Shown: in pieces, positions 10,441-21,029 of the stretch
Layout of the letters: every line of letters begins with the position of its first letter
How positions within the stretch are numbered: position 1 is the stretch's first letter
Assembly: GCA_963663865.1 (NCBI GenBank)
Contig: OY760686.1
Span: 1,888,001-1,952,000 of the forward strand
Direction of reading: 5' to 3'
Length of the DNA: 64,000 nt
From: Spirochaetota bacterium
Lineage (GTDB): Bacteria > Spirochaetota > UBA4802 > UBA5550
Program-made: the position numbers and the translations under genes
The notes under the pieces: generated by a model
Seen by the model: the letters and a program-made list of their open reading frames with translations, nothing else
The model's database searches: none
Told to the model about the DNA's origin: nothing

Positions 10441-11022
10441 ATGAGTTTAGTTCCGATAGTTGTAGAGCAGACAAGCAGGGGAGAGCGTTCTTACGATATA
10501 TATTCCAGGCTTCTAAAAGACAGAATAGTATTTCTTGGGGAACAGGTGGATGATCATATATCCAGTTTGATTATCGCACAGCTTTTGTTTCTTGAGGCAG
10601 AGGATCCGGATAAGGACATATTCCTTTACATCAATTCCCCAGGTGGAGTTGTGACTTCCGGTCTTGCCATTTACGATACAATGCAGTATATTAAGCCGGA
10701 TGTTGCAACTATCTGCATGGGGCAGGCAGCATCTATGGGATCGCTCCTGCTTGCTGCCGGGGCTGCAGGAAAGCGTTCAGCGCTGCCTAATTCCAGAATC
10801 ATGATACATCAGCCGCTGGGCGGGTTTCAGGGACAGGCCTCTGATATTGAGATTCACGCGATGGAAATTATAAAGACGAAGAACCGGCTCAATGAGATAT
10901 ATTCCAAACATTGCGGTAAGCCTCTGGAACAGATTTCAAAAGACGTTGACAGAGATTATTTTATGTCGTCTCAAGAGGCGGTCGAATATGGTCTCATCGA
11001 CAAAGTAATAGAACGAAAGTAG
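10441..11022 (+). CDS. clpP: ATP-dependent Clp protease proteolytic subunit
   Basis: [25 protein letters not shown] (catalytic Ser) and MIHQP. Confidence 0.99.
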   Translation: MSLVPIVVEQTSRGERSYDIYSRLLKDRIVFLGEQVDDHISSLIIAQLLFLEAEDPDKDIFLYINSPGGVVTSGLAIYDTMQYIKPDVATICMGQAASMGSLLLAAGAAGKRSALPNSRIMIHQPLGGFQGQASDIEIHAMEIIKTKNRLNEIYSKHCGKPLEQISKDVDRDYFMSSQEAVEYGLIDKVIERK

Positions 11023-11041
11023 CAGATTTAAGGGAGAAGAT

Positions 11042-12298
11042 ATGACTTCAAAAAAGAAAGAGCCAAAAACCCAGCTCTTCTGCTCATTCTGCGGAAAAAG
11101 TCAGGATGTTGTCAAGAAACTGGTTGCAGGACCTGACGTATACATCTGTGATGAGTGTATTGAACTCTGTAATGAAATTGTAGCGGAGGAGGGAGTATCC
11201 ACAATTGAGGATAATTTTAAAAATCTTCCTAAGCCTGCTGAGATTAAAAAGATTCTGGATCAGTATGTTATTGGTCAGGATGAGGCGAAAAAGATTCTCT
11301 CTGTTGCGGTTTACAATCACTATAAAAGAATTTTTTCCAACAACAACCTCAAAAAGAATGATGTCGAACTTGAAAAAAGCAACATTCTTCTTACCGGGCC
11401 TACCGGTTCCGGAAAAACGCTCCTCGCACAGACTCTCGCAAGAATCTTGCAGGTTCCCTTTGCTATTGTAGATGCGACATCGTTGACAGAGGCTGGATAT
11501 GTCGGAGAAGATGTAGAAAACATACTGCTACGACTGATACAGAATGCCAATGGCGATATAAAAAAGGCTGAAGTCGGAATTATCTATATTGATGAGATTG
11601 ACAAAATAGCAAGAAAAAGCGATAATCCTTCTATTACAAGGGATGTTTCAGGGGAGGGTGTTCAACAGGCGCTGTTGAAAATAATTGAAGGGACTATAGC
11701 TAATGTTCCTCCACAGGGAGGGAGAAAGCACCCTCATCAGGAATTTATAACTATCGACACAAAAAACATTCTTTTCATTGTCGGTGGAGCTTTTGTGTCA
11801 CTGGACAAGATCGTTCAGCAGAGAATTGGAAATAAAACTCTCGGTTTTGGAGCTGAAATCAAGTCTAAAGTTGAGATTAAACAGGAAAGTGTTCTAAAGA
11901 AGCTTATAACAGATGACCTTATACACTATGGGTTAATCCCGGAGTTCGTCGGGCGTCTTCCGATTACAGCAGTGTTAGACGAACTCGACAGAGATGCTCT
12001 CGTGAGAATTTTGCTTGAGCCGAAAAATGCTCTTGTAAAACAGTACAAGAAGATATTCTCTTTTGAAGATGTTGAACTGGATTTTGAAAAACAGGCTATT
12101 GAGAAGGTCGCTGAGATTGCAATAAAGCGCGAATCAGGCGCCAGGGGATTGAGGGCCGTTCTTGAGAGTGTGATGATGGACTTAATGTATGACATTCCTT
12201 CAACAGAGAATGTCAGAAAAATAGTAGTTACAGAAGAAATGGTTGAAGGAAAGGGGAAGGCAGATCTGGTTTTAAATGAAAAAGAGAAAACAGCTTAA
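11042..12298 (+). CDS. clpX: ATP-dependent Clp protease ATP-binding subunit ClpX
   Basis: CSFC/CDEC zinc finger, [19 protein letters not shown] loop and LGF loop. Confidence 0.99.
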   Translation: MTSKKKEPKTQLFCSFCGKSQDVVKKLVAGPDVYICDECIELCNEIVAEEGVSTIEDNFKNLPKPAEIKKILDQYVIGQDEAKKILSVAVYNHYKRIFSNNNLKKNDVELEKSNILLTGPTGSGKTLLAQTLARILQVPFAIVDATSLTEAGYVGEDVENILLRLIQNANGDIKKAEVGIIYIDEIDKIARKSDNPSITRDVSGEGVQQALLKIIEGTIANVPPQGGRKHPHQEFITIDTKNILFIVGGAFVSLDKIVQQRIGNKTLGFGAEIKSKVEIKQESVLKKLITDDLIHYGLIPEFVGRLPITAVLDELDRDALVRILLEPKNALVKQYKKIFSFEDVELDFEKQAIEKVAEIAIKRESGARGLRAVLESVMMDLMYDIPSTENVRKIVVTEEMVEGKGKADLVLNEKEKTA

Positions 12299-12327
12299 AT
12301 ATTTGCTCCTTCCTTTAAGAGGCTTTA

Positions 12328-14775
12328 ATGAAAAGAAATATTGATTTTGCGAAAAGCTATCCGCTTCTCCCACTCAGAGATGTGGTGGTTTTTCCATACA
12401 TGATAATACCGCTCTTCGTCGGGAGGGAAAAATCAGTAAACGCCCTCGACAGGGCGATGAAATCAGATCGTTTGATTGTATTGTCGACGCAGAAGGATGC
12501 TCAGATCAGCGTACCTGAAAGGAAACATCTTCACGATATAGGGACTGTAGCTGAAATTCTTCAGCTGCTGAAACTGCCTGATGGAACCATCAAAGTTCTT
12601 GTGGAAGGTGTTTCAAGGGCTTATCTCTCAGAGTTTACTTCGAAAGATGATATTTTTGAGGTTTCTATAAAGGATATAGAACGTCCTGTTGAACTGACAT
12701 CTGAGGTTTCATCCGCCAGAAAAACACTGCTTGATGTTTTTGAGAAGTATATAAAGCTTAATAAAAAGGTTCCCAAAGAGGCGCTTACCACGGTTTCTGC
12801 GATTGAGGATATTTCGCAGGCAGTGGACACCATCGCTTCTCACGTTGAAATGCGGATTGAGTTTAAACAGTCTATCCTCGAGATTGGCAATCCCCATGAC
12901 AGAATTAACAAACTGATTGAGCTTATCAATGGCGAGATAGAGGTCATGTATATCGAAAAGAAGATACAGGGCCAGGTTCGCAAGCAGATGGAAAAGACTC
13001 AAAAAGAATACTATCTGAATGAACAGATGAAGGTCATCAAAAAGGAACTTGGTAACGGGGATGAGGAAGTTGACGAGATTACCGAGCTAAAAAAATCCAT
13101 TGAATCAGCAAAAATGAACAAGGAGGCAAGAGCAAAGGCTCTTCAGGAAATAAAGCGTCTGGAAAAAATGCCCCCGATGTCTGCTGAATCCGCTGTAGTT
13201 CGTACTTACATTGAGTGGCTTCGTGATATTCCATGGTCAAAGAAGACCAAGGACAGACAAAACATTGAAGAATCAATGGAAATTCTTAACAGCGAACATT
13301 ACGGACTTGAGGACGTAAAGGAAAGAATAATTGAATATATCGCTGTAAGCAGGCTTTCTAAGAAGCTGAAGGGACCAATACTTTGCTTCGCGGGCCCTCC
13401 CGGGGTTGGAAAAACTTCACTTGGCAAAAGCGTTGCTAATGCCTTATCCAGGAAGTTTGTCAGGATGTCGCTTGGCGGTGTGAGGGATGAAGCCGAGATC
13501 AGAGGCCACCGCCGTACATACGTTGGGGCTTTGCCGGGCAGGGTGATACAGATGATGAAGAAGGCTGGTACGGTAAATCCAGTAATCCTTCTTGATGAAA
13601 TCGATAAGATGTCCATGGATTTCAGGGGAGACCCTTCCTCAGCTCTGCTTGAGGTGCTCGACCCGGAACAAAACAATACATTTGTAGATCATTACCTTGA
13701 AGTACCTTACGATCTCTCAGACGTTCTGTTTATAACTACCGCAAACGCTCAGCACAAGATACCTATTCCGCTTCTGGATAGAATGGAGATTATAGATATA
13801 TCAAGCTACACAGAGCCGGAGAAACTGCATATTGCTGAAGAGTTTTTGCTCAAAAAGCAAATAGAAGAAAATGGGCTTAAGTCGGATAATATTGAGCTTC
13901 CACGTGACAGTATACTTTTTATTATACGCCACTATACAAGGGAAGCCGGAGTCAGAAGCCTTGAGAGGGTCATCGCAAAGGTATGCAGGAAGGTGGCACG
14001 CGAAGTTGTAAGCAACAGTCCTGACTACAAAAAGATTATAGATAAGGATACAATAGTTCAGTATCTTGGTCCGACGAGATTTAAATACGGTGTTAAGGAA
14101 CAGAAGAACGAGACGGGATTAGCCAATGGACTTGCATGGACAGAAGTCGGGGGCGATATACTAACAATTGAGGCTTCATTGATCCCCGGTAAAGGCAAGC
14201 TGACGTTGACAGGAAAGCTTGGAGAAGTCATGCAGGAATCAGCACAGGCTGCTTTTACATATGTAAAGGCAAACAGCCAGTTCTTCAACATCAATGAAGA
14301 TGTTCTTTCCGAAAAGGATGTCCACCTGCATGTTCCAGAAGGCGCTATACCCAAGGATGGTCCTTCAGCAGGTATTACAATGGGTGTTGTTTTATCGTCG
14401 CTTCTGAGCAGTATTCCAGTCAGGTGCGATGTTGCAATGACCGGGGAGATTACTTTAAGAGGCAAAGTTCTTCCTATTGGAGGCCTCAAGGAAAAAGTAA
14501 TAGCTGCACACAGGGCTGAAATTACTCACGTAATTATCCCCAAGGACAACGAAAAGGATCTCGACAAGATTCCAGATTTCGTCAGGAAAAATATGATATT
14601 TCACCCGGTTAGCTCCATGGAAGAAGTTATATTTTTATCACTCGAAAATCCAGGCAAGTTTTTTAAAGATGTTCAAAAAACAAAGGTTCTTTATTCAAAA
14701 TGGAAGGAGAGCCTTGGTGACTGGAAAATATCGATAGACGGCACAAAAGTTGACGAATCTGTGATTACAATGTAG
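12328..14775 (+). CDS. lon: Lon protease
   Basis: LON N-domain, GPPGVGKT, GHRRTYVGA, and the PKDGPSAG/GGLKEK Ser-Lys dyad. Confidence 0.99.
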   Translation: MKRNIDFAKSYPLLPLRDVVVFPYMIIPLFVGREKSVNALDRAMKSDRLIVLSTQKDAQISVPERKHLHDIGTVAEILQLLKLPDGTIKVLVEGVSRAYLSEFTSKDDIFEVSIKDIERPVELTSEVSSARKTLLDVFEKYIKLNKKVPKEALTTVSAIEDISQAVDTIASHVEMRIEFKQSILEIGNPHDRINKLIELINGEIEVMYIEKKIQGQVRKQMEKTQKEYYLNEQMKVIKKELGNGDEEVDEITELKKSIESAKMNKEARAKALQEIKRLEKMPPMSAESAVVRTYIEWLRDIPWSKKTKDRQNIEESMEILNSEHYGLEDVKERIIEYIAVSRLSKKLKGPILCFAGPPGVGKTSLGKSVANALSRKFVRMSLGGVRDEAEIRGHRRTYVGALPGRVIQMMKKAGTVNPVILLDEIDKMSMDFRGDPSSALLEVLDPEQNNTFVDHYLEVPYDLSDVLFITTANAQHKIPIPLLDRMEIIDISSYTEPEKLHIAEEFLLKKQIEENGLKSDNIELPRDSILFIIRHYTREAGVRSLERVIAKVCRKVAREVVSNSPDYKKIIDKDTIVQYLGPTRFKYGVKEQKNETGLANGLAWTEVGGDILTIEASLIPGKGKLTLTGKLGEVMQESAQAAFTYVKANSQFFNINEDVLSEKDVHLHVPEGAIPKDGPSAGITMGVVLSSLLSSIPVRCDVAMTGEITLRGKVLPIGGLKEKVIAAHRAEITHVIIPKDNEKDLDKIPDFVRKNMIFHPVSSMEEVIFLSLENPGKFFKDVQKTKVLYSKWKESLGDWKISIDGTKVDESVITM

Positions 14776-14802
14776 TACTCTGATAACAGCAGAAACTTTA
14801 TT

Positions 14803-14838
14803 AAACGGTATCATTTGATTATGATGCCGTTTTGTTTT
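14803..14838 (+). terminator. intrinsic terminator after lon
   Basis: AAACGGTATCAT-TTGATT-ATGATGCCGTTT followed by TGTTTT. Confidence 0.75.
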
Positions 14839-15017
14839 GTACAATCTAATGAGACATAATATATCTTATCGGAACCAATGAATACGTTAAATGACGGATA
14901 CATTTATATAATTAACATAATGACATAATTGAATCCAAATATTTAAAACTAACACCAAGCTAAAATAATCCTGCAATACAATTCGGCTTCGATTCTTTCA
15001 TATAATATAGTTCATAA

Positions 15018-15347
15018 TTATTTCTCAAATCGTATACTGGCGAAGAAGTCACGAACCAGGTTTGCGAGCCTAACCATTACAAGCGATGTTATGGCAAGAT
15101 CAAAGGGATGCGGAACATTGAGTCCGGTCTTATTGAACAGCGATATTGCACTCACATTAAAGCAGATAAAAACCGAAACAATCAGGACAAAGAAATCTCT
15201 TGATATCTCAATAGGTTTTTTATTGGAGGCATATTTGAATGCAGCGAGTGAAAAAACCGCCATGACCGCAGCCTCAACAATAAGCGATACAATGAATATG
15301 TTGAATAAGTTGTTGAACAATATGTCGCCCTTCATAGTCTGCTCCAA
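15018..15347 (-). CDS. small hypothetical membrane protein
   Basis: 109 aa with about three hydrophobic helices. Confidence 0.6.
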   Translation of the reverse strand: MEQTMKGDILFNNLFNIFIVSLIVEAAVMAVFSLAAFKYASNKKPIEISRDFFVLIVSVFICFNVSAISLFNKTGLNVPHPFDLAITSLVMVRLANLVRDFFASIRFEK

Positions 15348-15465
15348 ATAGTTTATTAACCACCGTTTGAATCAAATGCACTGATTTTATAGATATATAT
15401 TCATTGAAAGTCAATAATTAATTATCAAATATAAATTTACATGTAATCGATTTCAGGTAGGAAGA

Positions 15466-16122
15466 ATGGCAATAAAGATTGAAATCATTGGTCAGATATC
15501 ATTCGATAAAGCAAATGAAATGCAGCTTAACATTAAGAGAGATGTTATTTCCGGTATGGAACATGGAGTAATATTAATGCTCGAACATAATCCGGCAGTA
15601 ATAACTCTCGGTAGAAACGCAAAGCAGCACAGCCTTCTTGTTTCTGAGCAGGAAGCTCAATCCCTCGGTTACGATGTGCGTTACGCTTCAAGAGGCGGCG
15701 ACGTTACTGTTCACGAACCCGGACAGCTTGTTGTTTATTTTATTCTGCCGGTAAAATCAAAAGATGTAAACAGCTTGATAAGGTATGCAATTAATCCTGT
15801 GCTTAAATTTCTCAATGAGGATTTGTCACTACCCTCTTTTTATAATCAAGATAAACCCGGGGTATGGTCAGGTAACAAAAAAATATGCTCGCTGGGGTTT
15901 GACCTGAGCGGCGGCGTAAGCATGCACGGGCTTGCCCTTAACGTTTGCAATACTCTGGAGGGGTTCACGCTGGTAAATCCATGCGGATCAGCAGACACAT
16001 CAATGAGCAGCATTTCAGAGTTATGCGGGCAAACAGTCGACATCAATTTTTGCGCTGAAAGGTTATCTGATTATTATACAAGTCAAATCAGTCACCTTTT
16101 CCGAACACCTTTAGTTCAGTAA
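15466..16122 (+). CDS. lipB: lipoyl(octanoyl) transferase
   Basis: LEH..VITLGR, RGGDVTVHEPGQLV, KKICSLG, HGLALN and NPCG motifs. Confidence 0.92.
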   Translation: MAIKIEIIGQISFDKANEMQLNIKRDVISGMEHGVILMLEHNPAVITLGRNAKQHSLLVSEQEAQSLGYDVRYASRGGDVTVHEPGQLVVYFILPVKSKDVNSLIRYAINPVLKFLNEDLSLPSFYNQDKPGVWSGNKKICSLGFDLSGGVSMHGLALNVCNTLEGFTLVNPCGSADTSMSSISELCGQTVDINFCAERLSDYYTSQISHLFRTPLVQ

Positions 16123-17212
16123 TTGGCCCAACAACACCCATAATATTCTCGATTCTAAATCTAAGGGTGTTAACCCCCCTTTCAAGATCGGTTCGGTATA
16201 TATCTTCAGTTGTTTCCCATTGTTTTCCGTTTAAACTTACGATAAACCGTTTGAAACCGGGTGTGAAGCTGCTATGTGTTTGATGCCTGAGGTGTACGAT
16301 TGCTGAATGACCGTCATTATTTTCCAATGCGGCATTAACAGTGTTTAAATCGAAAAACATCTCATCAGGCGTAATTACATGTCTGTTCCTAAAAGCCCAC
16401 TGCATGTCCCGGTTGTTGACTTTGTCCTTTACAATGTATATAGGAGACCAGATATTTCTTCCGCTTTTATCGCCGCCCGGATAGCTGAAAAAATCGTTTC
16501 TGCCGAGACATGCATACGCGAAAAAGTAATTCAGCCATTCTCTGTCGATAGGGATTCTGGCCCAGAGTTCTCCGGTGCCTGACTTTATGGGCAAATCGTT
16601 GTATGTGTAATCCCGCCTTCCCTTTCCAGCTCCAAAGACGAATATGATATCACGACCCCTGTTTTTGATCCACTCATTACGTATTTCGTTTATTGTGAGC
16701 GGGACACCGTTTTTTTCAATATGGATATTCCATGACGGGTCAATGAATATCCATTTACGATACTGGTTTGACCAGATGTCCGGAGCGGCGTGTTGACGAA
16801 TCCCGGTTGACTTGAAAAAAAAGTATCTTGCTGTCCATCCCACGCTGAGAGCTGATTGAATGTAAAGCGAAGTGAAATGTGTGCATATAAAGCCTGATCC
16901 TTCTCTTGAAGCATTTAGGATCATTAGTGAATTCTTTACCTGTTGATCCATGCATTTCAGGCTGTAACGGAGTTCTCTGTGTACCCAATCCTTGAGAAGA
17001 AGCATGCGCTCATATTCATCTTTACCTGTTTTACAGTATTCGGAATATGCGTATTTCTTTAACGATTTCAATTTTTCCGAGTGAAAGTTTTCGTGATAGA
17101 ACCGCATCGGAAGATTCTGCATGTATATATTTTCAGCCTCATGAGACGGAACAGTATATACAGCAGATAATAGAGCCAGAAGGGCTAATGTACGAATAGA
17201 CTTGACAGTCAT
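16088..17212 (-). CDS. secreted transglutaminase-like (Cys-His-Asp) domain protein
   Basis: Signal peptide; GFICTHF (Cys), QHAAPDIWS (His), KWIFIDP (Asp); beta-rich C-terminus. Confidence 0.75.
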   Translation of the reverse strand: MTVKSIRTLALLALLSAVYTVPSHEAENIYMQNLPMRFYHENFHSEKLKSLKKYAYSEYCKTGKDEYERMLLLKDWVHRELRYSLKCMDQQVKNSLMILNASREGSGFICTHFTSLYIQSALSVGWTARYFFFKSTGIRQHAAPDIWSNQYRKWIFIDPSWNIHIEKNGVPLTINEIRNEWIKNRGRDIIFVFGAGKGRRDYTYNDLPIKSGTGELWARIPIDREWLNYFFAYACLGRNDFFSYPGGDKSGRNIWSPIYIVKDKVNNRDMQWAFRNRHVITPDEMFFDLNTVNAALENNDGHSAIVHLRHQTHSSFTPGFKRFIVSLNGKQWETTEDIYRTDLERGVNTLRFRIENIMGVVGPITELKVFGKGD

Positions 17213-18360
17213 TTTCTGACAGCCTGATCCTTTCTTTCAGCCACAGTTAAATGATAGGTTATGTTTTTGTAGCCGTATCCGTAACCATAGCTGAAGTCGA
17301 TCGGCCCTTTTGAATACTTGCGAGTGTTGTAGTCAAGCTCTCTCTGGTAAAATGATTTGAAAACCGGAATCGGTTTGTGATACTTGCCATAGTACGAAAG
17401 TGACCACTTTTTTTTATCAAAATATCGCAGTGCAATACCTGAATCATCCTGAACAATAAGCTTGCTCGTTTTGAATATAATGTTGCGTATTGAAGAGAAA
17501 TTGCCCAGGTGCATAAGATATGATGCTGACTTAACAACGGTGAGCAGATCTGTTTTTTTAGTTATCCATTTCTTAAAGGGTTTAAGAGTCACTGATTTAT
17601 CAGATATATCGAGGCTGAAATATACAAGTTTTCGTTCTGTGTTGTCATTACCGACAAACGTGACCTCAATTCCCATAACCTTTGAGGATTTTGATCTTCC
17701 CCTGACCAGCTCACCGGATATGTCTAACGAAACATATTCAGCGGTTTTGACGAAATATCCTCCCCTGGCTAAAAAGAAAAGGATAATGCCGGAGGGGCCA
17801 TTGAAAACACTTTTGCCTATATTTTTCTGCATTTGCATTGTGACAAAAAAAGCGTGGTTTAAGATGAAGTTCAGTTCAGATGGAACATGTCTCAACTGTT
17901 CCATAAGTTCCGGTTTTTGCATGTCTGATAGAGAAGGTATATTTCCCGTCGGTTCGAGACCGAACATAATGATATATTCAGATGAAGGGAACAGAGAAAG
18001 AGGATGAAGAATGTCAGGGCCGCTGAAAGGATAAAAAACGGTTTTTTCTTTATGTACTGATAATACCTTCGAAGACCAGGCAGAAAGTTTGCTCAGATTT
18101 TCGGGGAAAAACGCATTCCAGGAGCTGTTTATTCCTTCTGAGTATTTTTTGTAATCAGCATTTGTTGCAATGTTTTTAAATCGATTGTTTTCATTCGGAA
18201 CTCCGGCAATAAATTCTGCGATATCATTGATGAGTGTTCCCTTTGTGCGGAGCTGATCTATGTTATCTGATGTACCGGAAGCACTGGTTTTTCCCTGAGG
18301 CTCAAATGCCAGAAAAAATAATGCCGATAAGACTAATGCTGTGAATCTGTTTTTGCGCAT
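17209..18360 (-). CDS. conserved exported hypothetical protein (YPFSGPD / KSASYL / QDDSGI motifs)
   Basis: 383-aa ORF with a signal peptide; 4-bp ATGA overlap with the downstream gene. Confidence 0.8.
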   Translation of the reverse strand: MRKNRFTALVLSALFFLAFEPQGKTSASGTSDNIDQLRTKGTLINDIAEFIAGVPNENNRFKNIATNADYKKYSEGINSSWNAFFPENLSKLSAWSSKVLSVHKEKTVFYPFSGPDILHPLSLFPSSEYIIMFGLEPTGNIPSLSDMQKPELMEQLRHVPSELNFILNHAFFVTMQMQKNIGKSVFNGPSGIILFFLARGGYFVKTAEYVSLDISGELVRGRSKSSKVMGIEVTFVGNDNTERKLVYFSLDISDKSVTLKPFKKWITKKTDLLTVVKSASYLMHLGNFSSIRNIIFKTSKLIVQDDSGIALRYFDKKKWSLSYYGKYHKPIPVFKSFYQRELDYNTRKYSKGPIDFSYGYGYGYKNITYHLTVAERKDQAVRK

Positions 18361-18553
18361 ATTTTACCCCTTGATATTTTCATTCACTATTTGTAAAAAT
18401 ACTGTACTATTTCTGTCCACAGTAATATTTATTTGAAGTCAAAAACAAAACTTAACAACCTGTATATTTTCTACAGAATGTTAAAAAAATAGTCAGCAAT
18501 TTACACCTTTTTCATAAATATGTTGACTATTTGTTCTTTTTACCCATATCTAT

Positions 18554-18877
18554 ATGAATACGCTTTTGATGGAGAAGGATATGGCCCTTAGAAACGATTA
18601 CGATTTTGATATGCTCGTAAATGCGATGGAAACCATTGTTATAGACGAACTTGACAGGCTTCTTCTGCTTGAAGAATACTCTGACATCTGCAGGTGCCAG
18701 GACTGTATTCTTGATATAGTTGCCTACTCTCTTAACCATTTAAAACCATCATACAGATCTTCACTTTCTTATAAAGGCGTGATGTACAAACATCAGCTTA
18801 GCCCCAAAAATGCTGAGGGCGTTGAAAGAATTATCCGTGACGCAATCAAGCGGGTAACTTCAAATCCATCGCATTAG
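18554..18877 (+). CDS. ComFB family protein (late competence development / cyclic-dinucleotide receptor fold)
   Basis: N.ME..V, CRCQDC..D..A.SLN.L.P.Y and V..NP.H signature. Likely start is ATG 18581, after GGAGAAGG. Confidence 0.85.
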   Translation: MNTLLMEKDMALRNDYDFDMLVNAMETIVIDELDRLLLLEEYSDICRCQDCILDIVAYSLNHLKPSYRSSLSYKGVMYKHQLSPKNAEGVERIIRDAIKRVTSNPSH

Positions 18878-18912
18878 AATATCAATTCGCCACTTCGCTG
18901 GCAGGAGGAAAA

Positions 18913-19707
18913 ATGAAAGCTCGTTCAATAGTAGTGATTTTTCTTTTCACGATTGTCTGCGCGTCTGTATCGGCTGCCTCCGCTTCAGATGCCAACTCGT
19001 TGGGAAGGACATGGGAGTATGCAAGCCTGACTACCGTGTTTTCACCGGAATGGTCTCTTACTGCAATCGCCGGACACAGGTATGAGTTTTACCGCTCACA
19101 GGGTGACGACATCAAAACATTTATGTATGAGTTTTTTATTGGGCCTAACTACAAGGTTAATTTTGCAGAAAACTTTACATTCAAGTGCTCGCTGTGGTAT
19201 TACTATATGGGGTTTGATATGAGGGATTCTCCTCTTGATGAGTATATGTACTCTCATAACGGTAACCTTATTCCCTCAATTGAATACAGATTTGGCGATT
19301 TTACTTTAAGCAACCGGGTAATTGTTCACGGGAAGTTTTACGCAGATAATGACCAGTTCACTTCCAGTTCGCAGAAGCGAGGATTTTCGCTTCTATGCAG
19401 GGAGATGCTGAAGGTTAGCTATAAAATTGTGCCCGACCTTAGTGTATCTTTGGCCGATGAAGTTTTCTTTGGCCTCATAGAGGACGGTGAAACAAACGGT
19501 ATCAGAAAGGGCGAGCCGTGGTTTGAAGAAAACGGTTTTTCCAAGAACAGGCTGTATGCCGGATTAACGTACAAAATATCGCCTCTTGTTTCAGTAACAC
19601 CTCAATACATTCTCGAAACTAATTATGATCCGGAAAACGATTACAAGCTGAAAGATAAAACACACTACATTTTTCTGAGTGTAGATTTCGTTCTTGTGAC
19701 ATTTTAG
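18913..19707 (+). CDS. DUF2490-like outer-membrane beta-barrel protein
   Basis: Signal peptide, alternating aromatic beta strands, DEVFF and F..NRLYAG motifs, C-terminal Phe; GGAGG RBS. Confidence 0.75.
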   Translation: MKARSIVVIFLFTIVCASVSAASASDANSLGRTWEYASLTTVFSPEWSLTAIAGHRYEFYRSQGDDIKTFMYEFFIGPNYKVNFAENFTFKCSLWYYYMGFDMRDSPLDEYMYSHNGNLIPSIEYRFGDFTLSNRVIVHGKFYADNDQFTSSSQKRGFSLLCREMLKVSYKIVPDLSVSLADEVFFGLIEDGETNGIRKGEPWFEENGFSKNRLYAGLTYKISPLVSVTPQYILETNYDPENDYKLKDKTHYIFLSVDFVLVTF

Positions 19708-19720
19708 GCTTTTACGAATC

Positions 19721-19748
19721 GAATGCCCTGTAATAAGACAGGGCATTC
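19721..19748. terminator. hairpin between convergent genes
   Basis: GAATGCCCTGT-AATAAG-ACAGGGCATTC is a perfect 11-bp stem. Confidence 0.7.
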
Positions 19749-20807
19749 CTATCTGCTTTTGTGAAGATAAACTGACTGTGTTGGATAGGAAAACTGGATT
19801 TTCTTTTTATCAAATGTTTCCTTGATGCTCAGGTTGATATTTTGAAGAATGTCCATGTGCATGTTGTAGTCGTTTGTCAGCACGTAGTATACAGTTTCAA
19901 ACTGCAGCCCCGAGTCTCCTATCTCTTTGAAGTGCGATCTGTCAAACCTGGTTAGCTCATTCTTTTCCACAGAGTTGCGGATTATTTGAGGTATTGTTTT
20001 AAGGAGTCTTGTCGGAGTGTGGTAGGATACGTTTATTTTAAACAATACCCTTCTCTCCTCCATCCTCTTGTAGTTTCTCACCCGTGAATTAGTTATATCA
20101 GTGTTTGAAAAAATAAGCATTTCCCCGCTGAGACTTCTTATTTTGGTCGTCTGAACGCCAATATGCTCTACGGTGCCCATGTAATCATCGATAATAATAA
20201 AGTCACCGGGCTCGAACGGCTTATCCAAAAAAATGCTGAAATAGCTCAGTATGTCTTTAAGTAGAGCCTGAGCTGCGATAGCTACTGCTATACCACCAAT
20301 TCCAAGACCTGTAATAAGACCTGTAATCTTGAATCCAATGTTATCAAGAAACAGCATCAGCGCAATGGACCAGAGTATAACTTTAATTATATTCTTCAGC
20401 GCGATTACTGCCTTTGAATGGGTTGCGTTCTCTTCTTTCTTGATATAGTAATTCAACAAAAAGGTTATCAGGCGGCTAAGAAAAAGAGTAACGATAATGG
20501 TAATGCCAAAAAACGCGGCTTTGTCGATAATCTTGTTTATAGTTTCGTTGATATTGAAGCTTTTAAGCGTATAATAAAATACTATAAAATAAAGCAGAGG
20601 AATAAAATAATGCCTGAGACAGTAAACGGCAAAATCATCGAGACGGCTTTCGGTATTCTGAGCCATGTCAGTAATTTTGCCCTTCACGAACCAGCGCAAA
20701 AGCGTTATAACAAGAATTCCTGCGGCAAAAAGAACAAGTATCTCACCGAAACCTGAAATGGCTGTTTGATCCAATGATTCCCTTGCTGCAAGAGCGATTT
20801 TTCCCAC
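19749..20807 (-). CDS. MscS family mechanosensitive channel
   Basis: GLGIGGIAVAIAAQ, DKPFEPGDFI, GTVEHIG and NSRVRNY motifs. Confidence 0.93.
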   Translation of the reverse strand: MGKIALAARESLDQTAISGFGEILVLFAAGILVITLLRWFVKGKITDMAQNTESRLDDFAVYCLRHYFIPLLYFIVFYYTLKSFNINETINKIIDKAAFFGITIIVTLFLSRLITFLLNYYIKKEENATHSKAVIALKNIIKVILWSIALMLFLDNIGFKITGLITGLGIGGIAVAIAAQALLKDILSYFSIFLDKPFEPGDFIIIDDYMGTVEHIGVQTTKIRSLSGEMLIFSNTDITNSRVRNYKRMEERRVLFKINVSYHTPTRLLKTIPQIIRNSVEKNELTRFDRSHFKEIGDSGLQFETVYYVLTNDYNMHMDILQNINLSIKETFDKKKIQFSYPTQSVYLHKSR

Positions 20808-21029
20808 AAATACACCTCAATGATTTAATATTGAATTATTATTACTGTGCTAGAATTCAATGGATTGCAATATATATGATGATTTCAGTAAAGTATATAA
20901 AGTGCAATATTTTTTTCTTATAATCCTACTAATTGGACGCTAAAAATTTAGTTTTTATCATTCTTGACAAATAAAGGACAGAGGTCATATTATCTGACAC
21001 TCTTTAATAGAAAGAAATGAAGGAAAGTA

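Noticed and set aside
14840-15017. AT-rich intergenic stretch with recurring ACATAA(T)
   Set aside because: Short, irregularly spaced, and expected in AT-rich DNA between convergent genes.
19727-20327. 13-mer CCTGTAATAAGAC shared by the hairpin and mscS, and an AAGACCTGTAAT tandem in mscS
   Set aside because: The tandem encodes ITGL-ITGL in the MscS helix; a single short match is not enough to infer function.
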